Notes under the pieces: generated by a model
What the model was told of the DNA's origin: nothing
What the model saw: the letters and a program-made list of their open reading frames with translations, nothing else
Databases searched by the model: none
Translations under genes and position numbers: made by a program
In this document: positions 55,801 to 64,000 of the stretch, piece after piece
Layout: each line of letters begins with the position of its first letter
Numbering within the stretch: position 1 is the first letter of the stretch
NCBI GenBank assembly: GCA_951406725.2
Contig: OX597826.1
Span: 16,058,001-16,122,000 of the forward strand
Length of the DNA: 64,000 nt
Direction: 5' to 3'
From: Octopus vulgaris
Lineage: Eukaryota

Positions 55801-56685
55801 TGTCGTCGTGTAGTAGGTTCGGCCCTGAACACGGAAGCAATATGGACCCTTTCCTTGAGGTGCTGCCCGTTTGAATCCAAATGACGCAATGGAGAAGATA
55901 TAATTGTAATTTCTGTTTGTTTCTATGGAATGAAACGTACTCTTGATCGTTTCCCTCAAATTTTTTAGTGTCTCTGGATATAGTTGCAATGCAGACACGT
56001 TCACTTTTCTATCAACAACTCTTATTTTCATTTCTAAACCTAAGTGCACCACACTATATTCCTCCTATGTTAAATTGTTCAAATTCATTTACAATATTTC
56101 TATTCAGCACTGGCCTATGTCGTCTCACACGCTGTCACTGAATCTGATGCCTACTTAAATTTTCAATTTCATCAACATTCATAATTTCAACTCTTTCTCC
56201 ATATCTTCCCCTTTTGGTGATAAATAACCCTGTCATATTGATTCATGTTTTCTATCCTTTGCCGTAATAAGTTTCTCTGCTGCTCGTGGTATTCTGCACC
56301 CTATTCCTCAATTATATTTTCTCTTCTTTGCTGAGATAAGGTTCTCTGCTGCTCGTGGTACTGAGCACACTGTTTCTCATTTATTTTCCATCCCCTGTTG
56401 AAATAAGTTTCTCTACTGTCCATGGTACTGTGCACACTGTTCCTCATTCATATTTTCTCGTCTTATTTGTTGTCTCCTCCTATCTTGGTGCAGGTTTTCC
56501 ACGCGTTGTTCACCATCTCTGTCCCTCCTCTGTATCGGAAATTAAAACTAACATTGAAAATTTACTGTGCTTAATTTGTCTTTGATTTAACAATATGTCG
56601 ATGTATTTTTCTGTGTACTTCTCTTCCGTTATATATATCTGTCTACTCTGAAAATACTGATAAACCTTTAAAAAAACAGTCTCTC

Positions 56686-56720
<35 letters not shown>

Positions 56721-57050
56721 ACTCTATCTCTCTCTTCCTTTCTCTCTTTCTCGTTTTCTCTCTCTCTTACTCTCTTTCTCTTTTTCTTTCTCTCTCTCCC
56801 TCTCCTTTCAAGTCTTTGATCTATTTTTTACCTCTTCATACGTAGCTATTAGCATATTAGCATCATTTTATCATATACATTATATGAAGAGCGTAACGGA
56901 CGGATGAACTAAATAAATAAGGAAGGAACAAGCGGAAATATAATATGATCATAAATTTCAACCGTTCTAATGTGTTTACTAGTCCTGAGCTTTTAATGGA
57001 ATGTGTAAATAGCAGGCAAAAAACAGATACATTTTAGCTATAATGTATAA
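52889..57050 (-). mobile_element. Decayed autonomous-type Helitron (RepHel pseudogene)
   Basis: N-terminal YNYIFSIASFG..PYCFRVQG..YGQLYIID, TTLTAWFKLN, Walker A DAPRGCGKTY, Walker B IILDEASM, LNSLTPSG and PIF1 C-terminal PVFGHGPLYVA. Imperfect 3' hairpin plus CTAG at 52889-52920. The 5' end is approximate. Confidence 0.88.
56265..56460. repeat. Three ~67-bp tandem units in the Helitron 5' region
   Basis: ATAAG.TTCTCT.CTG.....GGTA.T..GCAC.CT occurs three times. Confidence 0.7.
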
Positions 57051-58599
57051 AAATTATATAGCTAAAACAGGCATATAGCCACGGATGGGGGCTCTGGAAT
57101 GCATAGCCTACCCACCCAAGTAAGAATTTCAGCTCTACCAGTGTGAGAATCTATGTTATTCACTCTTGGAAGAATGCATTATCTCAACCGCTGAAAGCAA
57201 TCATATACACAAAAAATAAAAACTTCTTCACATAGCTTTTGCGGACAATTTTATTAAATTTTAGACATATTAGCGACAGCAGATTACTTTCAACAGCTAA
57301 AAGGGCCATAACTTTAATTTCCTTTTTTAGTGGTATGCGAAAACATGTGAGTAATTTACAAACGCATATGTGAATATGTGTGTGTGCGCCACTGTGCGTG
57401 TGTGCGCCACTGTGCGTGTGTGCGTGCGCGCGTGTGTACTGTATAACGGTCAGCAAAGTGGATGTTGTAGCTGTAATTGTTGCTGTGATTCCTGTTGCTA
57501 AGGTAAATTAAAATTTTGAAGTTACGATTTTTGCCAACTTTTTTTTCAGAATCGGAATATCCACAGCCGAAAACGTGGGTTTCCCTAATAAATAAATAAA
57601 TAAATAAATAAATAAATTGGGAGAGTGTGGGTTGCGTCTCTGCCATTTGCGCCCAATCGCAGAAATTCATTTTCACGAGTAAATGCTCTAAGCAGTATTT
57701 ACCTATAATCACAATTTAGGTTAGCTGAAATATGCTTGTGGCATATAGCAGTTGAAATATGTGACAAACATATCAACTAACCTAAATAGTTAATTTTAAA
57801 TTTATGTTGTTCCGTATCTACTCAAACAACATGAAATATGAGAAGAAAACATTTCCGATTACTATATTCAGGTTGGATCAAAGAGCAATCTGTTTAAAAA
57901 TAAAATTTCAGAAATTCCTGAATGTACTGAAATAAATACATGAAAACAAAATATTTTATTTTTGCCATCAAACATAAAATACATTTTGTGTATGTTAAAA
58001 TATGCAACTGCCCGAAGGCGTTTTTGCGCTTATGTGCTGATATTATTTAGTCACAGGTTAGTTTTGATACACCTCATGTACGATCAGAGCCGTTGCCCTT
58101 CATCTTAACTCCTATTTTCGTATATATAAAAGACTATAGTGTATTCCATTTGCGACTGTAGCATTATTTCATGGCTTGCTTACTTTTCCCCGAAGTGGGA
58201 ACTTCATTGCGAGCTCAAAATAATGTAGCTAATGGGGCTGATGTTTCCACATGTGGTGGACATAGCAATTGGGCAATTAAATTCACTGCATTCAATATAA
58301 GAGGAAGGATGCTCACGCTGAAAGGTTGGTAATTTCGGATTATGACACAGAAAGTTCGGATCAGTATATCGTTACATGCATAGAAAACAGTGACGATTAA
58401 AACAATCACATACTGATTAGATGTATGCTAATTGCTGTTGTATGTTTTACTCTACTTAGGTTAATGTATCGTGTATGCAAGTGTATTGCGTACACACATT
58501 GTCTCAAAGACAATCGACCGCAATTGAAATTTATGTCATTAATTTGATTATCGCTCTTTTATAATGACCATGGAAATATATAAAATGCCTGGCAAATGA

Positions 58600-58910
58600 C
58601 TTTTCTACTATAGGAACAAGGCCTGAATTTTTGTGGGGAGAGACATTCGAATACATCATCCCCGGTACTTGGCTGGTACTAAATTTATCAACCACAGTGG
58701 CATTTGAACTCACAACGTAACGGCAGACGAAGTACCTATTTCGTTACTACCCACAAGGAGCTAAACACAGTGAGGACAAACAAGGACAGAAAAACGGATT
58801 AAGTCGATTATATCGACCCCAGTGCGTAGCTGGTACTTATTTAATCGATCCCGAAAGGATGAAAGGCAAAGTCGACCTCGGCGGAATTTGAACTCAGAAC
58901 GTAACGGCAG
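58600..58910 (-). mobile_element. Nested or adjacent SINE family B pieces
   Basis: 58739-58909 is a near copy of 28404-28576. Confidence 0.8.
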
Positions 58911-59125
58911 AATGTGTGCTGTTGTGTTTGTATTTGATCCCTACTACAACTTAACAACCACTAGAATAAGTACCAAAAACTGGGTCCACTTGTGAACTAA
59001 ATCCCTTTCAAAGTGGTGTCACAGAATGGCCGGAAGTGAATAACTGAAACATGCGAAAGATAAAAGATTATACTAAGTTGTCAAAAAATCTAAAATAAGA
59101 CACCTATTAGTTATTACAGCGATGA

Positions 59126-59186
<61 letters not shown>

Positions 59187-60148
59187 CCTGTTATATAAAG
59201 TATAAACCTGAGACCCACGTCTCTTATGATCAATATATCCAAAATTTTAATCAGATATGTAACTTCAAAGTTTTCTATTGTTCATAAAATGCCATCGAGT
59301 AAATAAAATGTTAGAACATTTTATTTCCTCGATAGCATTTTATGAACAATTTCCCATAATTTCAAAAATATATTCCTAGATTTCGTATTCACTCAGCAAC
59401 AATTCCTAAAAACGTCGACCCAGTCTTTGAAAATGATTATAGTTATTGTAGAGCAGGTCATTGAATCTGGTGATAATGTTAAAGATGTTACTGCTCAAAG
59501 ATTGATGGTCAGAATCACATTATTGTTGAGAGAATTGAGCACATTAATAACGGTAGCTGCGTATTTCTACATATTTAGCATGTAATAGAAACGGGTGTAC
59601 AATCATGATAAAAAGTTTGTGAAGGGTGTTTCATGAATACGGGAACTGGTAATTATAATGGTATACTGGTGAGGCTGATATTGTCAATGACGATACAATG
59701 ACGATACCATTGTTCTTTATAGCCATAGTGAACACCGTGGTGTCATTGGTGGGGTTATTTATGGTACTAATAACACGATAGTTGTGTTTCACATTGTCAT
59801 TAATTAGAGTGTTTACCAGTAGTATAAGTCATGCTAGAACCTAAAAAAGATAATTGGCGAAATAGTAATTACGTACCTACATTCCGTACAACAATTTAAA
59901 TTTCAACGCTAGGTTTTTTTTTTTACATGACATTATAATGTTAAGAATAGTTAAGAATACAATCAACAATAAATAACATGAATTATAGCTAAAAGGTAAA
60001 TTTAGCCTAAGAAAAGAGTGAACATATATAGCAAATTTGTATCAAAATCTAATATATGAGAGGTTGTGACTCATTTTTTTATTCTGTAATTTTATATATA
60101 TATATATATATACATAGTTATATACATAGTTATATATATAATATGTGT

Positions 60149-60207
<59 letters not shown>

Positions 60208-63200
60208 AGACAATTCTTTACAGTGTAGTAGTTTCGAAATATTCCTGATTAAGCTGTATATTTTCAAAAGCTACTCGATGTCTTACTTGTTAAATAAATG
60301 GAATTTTTCTCTAAGTTTTATTGATTATCTAACATCATTATATTCACTTTTCACAAAGTTATTTTTAGATTTATTTCTTTTTGCGTATGAGTGGTTTATG
60401 ATTTCTGGCAGCTCAGAGTGACCTTAACTTTTAAATTTATCAGTATTGCATCACAGGTGTTAAATTATGGAATGCAAAATTGCCTCTCTTTTTTTATCCC
60501 TTACTTGTAGATTTATCGTTTAGTATACTAATGCAAGTCTAACACAAGCAGTATATAAAACATGTAAAGAAAACTCATCAGTACATTTATTAAGGACAAC
60601 AAATATAATGTATCACGCAATATTATTATATTTTACATTTGAATTTACCACGACTTGTATAAACCTCTCAAGTTTTAATCACATTCTAGTTTCTGATAGA
60701 TTTGTTTGGTATACAGCAAGAAAATATAATCCTGTAAAGCGTTGAATTGGAAATGCAATTAAAACTGGAAAACCAGTCAAGAAAGCAATACAAAAATTAA
60801 ATAATAAAAGCAAGAGAAATAGATTAAACACTGACAAATATATAAAACATATATAAGCGCTTTCCTCGTCTATTTGAAAGGCAGGTGTCAGAATCATGCG
60901 GCGCCAATTGAAAAGAAATGAAAAGAAATGGTAGCGTTCAATGACGTCAGCTTAGGTTGCTAGTAAAGTAATAATATGAATATTAGGCTTGAATCAATGA
61001 AAGTAGTTGCAAGCCATTTTTCAAATTAGGAGTGTTCAAATAGGACAGAAAGAGGGTGTAGGCATTAGTAATGCACTCAGTTATGTTCGATTGTATTTCA
61101 ATATAAAATTGGATAAATAAATTGGACAATTGACAAAGAAGAAAAATTAAAATACAAAGAAGTTAACTTTGCATTAATATATAAATGTTCTTTTTCTAGA
61201 CTTCCTAAAATGAGAATTTCTTTTTATATACGTATTTATAATTGCCAAGGCATTTCGATAATTGAAATTTCTTTTAAATTATTTTCTTTTCTTTATTCAT
61301 TCATTAATCATGTTTTAGTTTTATTTTGTGTGAAAAGAAATCAATCTTCCATATAAGAGAAATGTTATATAGTCATGTCTGGAGATAATTATAAATATAA
61401 ATAATGAAACAGTAAAATATCAATTACTACAATACCTGCCTTGAATTTCGTTCAATGAGACAATGGACTGTTTTTAATAAGTTAATCTGCGAAAATCTTT
61501 GGGCAAAAGAAATAGCTATTGTATTGTTTAAAATCGATAAAAGATGATAATATATTTACGACTTGAATAATCGCCTCTTTTTAGTTGATATTACTGATAG
61601 CAAGTAGAAAGACGAGTTTATTCACTGTTCAAATAAATGGCGATTATGAAAAATATGGTTAATAATTTATTGAAATTCATCTCCACGATATTGACCCAAC
61701 ACAATACAGAGGCTTGGAGTTGATGCTATAATAAAGGACGAATTCGATATTAACTGCTGCTAACTTCAAATAGCTCTGTACGTTGTCCAGAGAATATGGA
61801 GTCAGTTATTCAGAAAAAAATGTATTTTCTTAAAGACAACAATGTATTGAGTATTATCATATTTATATTTATATTGTTTATTAAATCGATTGGCTTAAAT
61901 TACTGGTGCTAAATATCGCTTCGTAGCACCAGTAATATAGAAATGTTTGATTCGAAGACAAGGGGGGGGCTCAAATAATTCAGTACATACTTCCAGTTGG
62001 ATTTGCATGAAATATATTCTATGATGCTCAGATGTTTCTGTCATCTATGTAAATCTATCTCTATAAAGTAATACAATACGAAATATGTAAATTATTCTTT
62101 ATTCATTGTTGGTAATACAACAACCTTTTGCATTGTGATTAGCTGTAGTGAGCATATAAGTTACAAATTTCACTCGTCATAATGTTACAATATTAATGTC
62201 TAAGCACAATAATGATAGTGATAATACAGACCTCGGGGTTGTTTTAATTAATGCGGAAAGCACCCATATCAAAGATCAATGAAAAGTAATGCAATACACA
62301 CAATAATCCACGAGGGACATAATTATATGGCAAATAGGTAAACAGCGTTTTGCACCAAAATGCTCTTTATTTTTATCCGTCATGCAGAGAATATATACAA
62401 GGTATCTTCTTAATTCATTGCACTGCAGGCCATTCTGTTTTGTTTCAGCAATAGTGTATCTACGACATGAATGCCCAATTATTTGTGCATTTCCTATTTC
62501 TTTGCTCATAGATCAGAGGAGGTCCCGTCCAGAAACATACTTCATGGTAGACATCATTTAAATTTTTCAATATCTATACACTAAGAATTATAAATAATTG
62601 GATACACGCAAATCGATCCTAGAACACAACGTATGGTACGGTGATGCAGCATACCGCATTAAATTGAATGCTTCCTCATAGATCTGTTAAGTATTCTGGA
62701 ATCACAACTGCAATATTATCAGCATTCCTATAGGCCAACACTGACAAATAAAGTATTATTTTAAAACAAAAAATATAACGTACATTGTGTATGTATATCC
62801 GTATAATGCGTATATAATAGATATTTCCAATGCTCTACACATTCTGGTCCCTTGGCTACTACACTCTCGAAATGGAACAGTGAAAATAGCAGATAGATCA
62901 GTGGTGCAATAATACCAGGTTTATCATTGGTAAAAGCAAAATATGAGTTTTACGAAGAGTATCATAAAACCCAGTTACAACTGTTTTGAAATATTCCATT
63001 GCACTAAAGTATTTCAAGCAAAATGTTACGCAGTATTTGCTGTTGATTACAGAAGTGAGGCACATCATCAAACTGGTAACAAGAACTATTCTTATATATT
63101 GTACAACGGAGAAATGTTCTACGTTTGTTATTAGAGGGAGGAAATAATGTATAATACAAGCTTAAATTGGCAAAATAAAATAAAAACAAAGACGGTAACT

Positions 63201-63294
63201 GAGTGAGAATATGAAGAGCAAGAGACATAGAGAAGTATATTCGTCTATCATTAGTAAATCCCAGATATAAGTAGTGGCTGAACAATAGCAACAT

Positions 63295-63560
63295 GTAAAG
63301 TCGCTCTTGGTTTACCCCTAAGTTTCTTGCCAGCTGGATTGTCTTGAAGAACCCTTCTTAAGAATTTTCCATCTGACTTTGTAATTGGATTTTCTCGTTA
63401 CAGATGATGTGACTAATTAGCGCGAAAAAGTAGCGGCTTGACCTGGAAAGACTCCCTGATCTCCGAGCTATGCGGCCTGTCGAGTAGTTTTATTCTTGAT
63501 ATCGTTCCGAGTAACCCCATTTCGGCCGCTTGTATTCGCGAATATATTCGTTTTGTCGTT
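63295..63560 (-). mobile_element. Possible old RTE-type LINE 3' fragment
   Basis: Only a weak KKLRGKPRAT-like C-terminal motif. Confidence 0.25.
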
Positions 63561-64000
63561 AGCAAGCTTTCATGTAAACGGGTGAGGGCAAGAACAAAAA
63601 ATTGAACTTAAGATAGATTTTAAAAAAATTTTATATTCGACCTCTCATTTTCTAACGGTGTTATGTGGAGGCTACGCATCACTGTGTCAACACGATCAAT
63701 TCTAGCATCCAATTCAGTGTCCTAATTCAAATCACTTGTAAATACAACTCCGAGACACACTTCTCTACTTGCTTCTCATAAAAGAAAACACCTCTATCAA
63801 AAGGTCACTCTCTACATTAAGACCACTCTAAATAAGGGGTTGTCAGTTAGGTTGTATCCTTTTGTAACCTCTTTAGTTCTAATACCGGAATCGATTGATT
63901 GTCCGATAAATTTTGTAGCGGTACAATACACTATATAAGTGCTACCAACTCAGCAAGTTCCAAGGTTTCCCACTCAGCAAACCAAGTGAAAGGAGAAAAG

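Noticed and set aside
56265-56460. CRISPR-like periodicity
   Set aside because: Whole units are homologous (no unique spacers), the context is a eukaryotic Helitron, and there are no cas genes.
61900-61935. 12-bp hairpin TTACTGGTGCTA/TAGCACCAGTAA
   Set aside because: It is isolated, with no associated element ends.

Overview
AT-rich eukaryotic DNA full of microsatellites and transposable elements. The tRNA-headed SINEs and repeat mix resemble coleoid cephalopod (Octopus-like) genomes; this is inference. The main element is a young Penelope-like retroelement (PLE, 3441-9861) with a Neptune/Nematis-type Cys linker. It has direct pLTRs, an inverted 3' copy and a minimal hammerhead ribozyme (HHR) in each pLTR. 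A separate 430-aa ORF1 overlaps its RT/GIY-YIG ORF in the -1 frame at an in-phase U-UUU-UUU heptamer. Several small inverted-repeat elements also carry HHR motifs, one with a compensatory G3-C8 core. Other elements: decayed PLEs, R4/Dong retrotransposons in (AAT)n, a Tx1-like LINE in (GATA)n whose 3' end is shared with a SINE, a CR1 3' end, a Chapaev3-like DNA transposon relic, and Helitrons. No host gene is confidently identified; there is one candidate terminal exon. All alignments and folds were done by eye, so boundaries of decayed elements are approximate.
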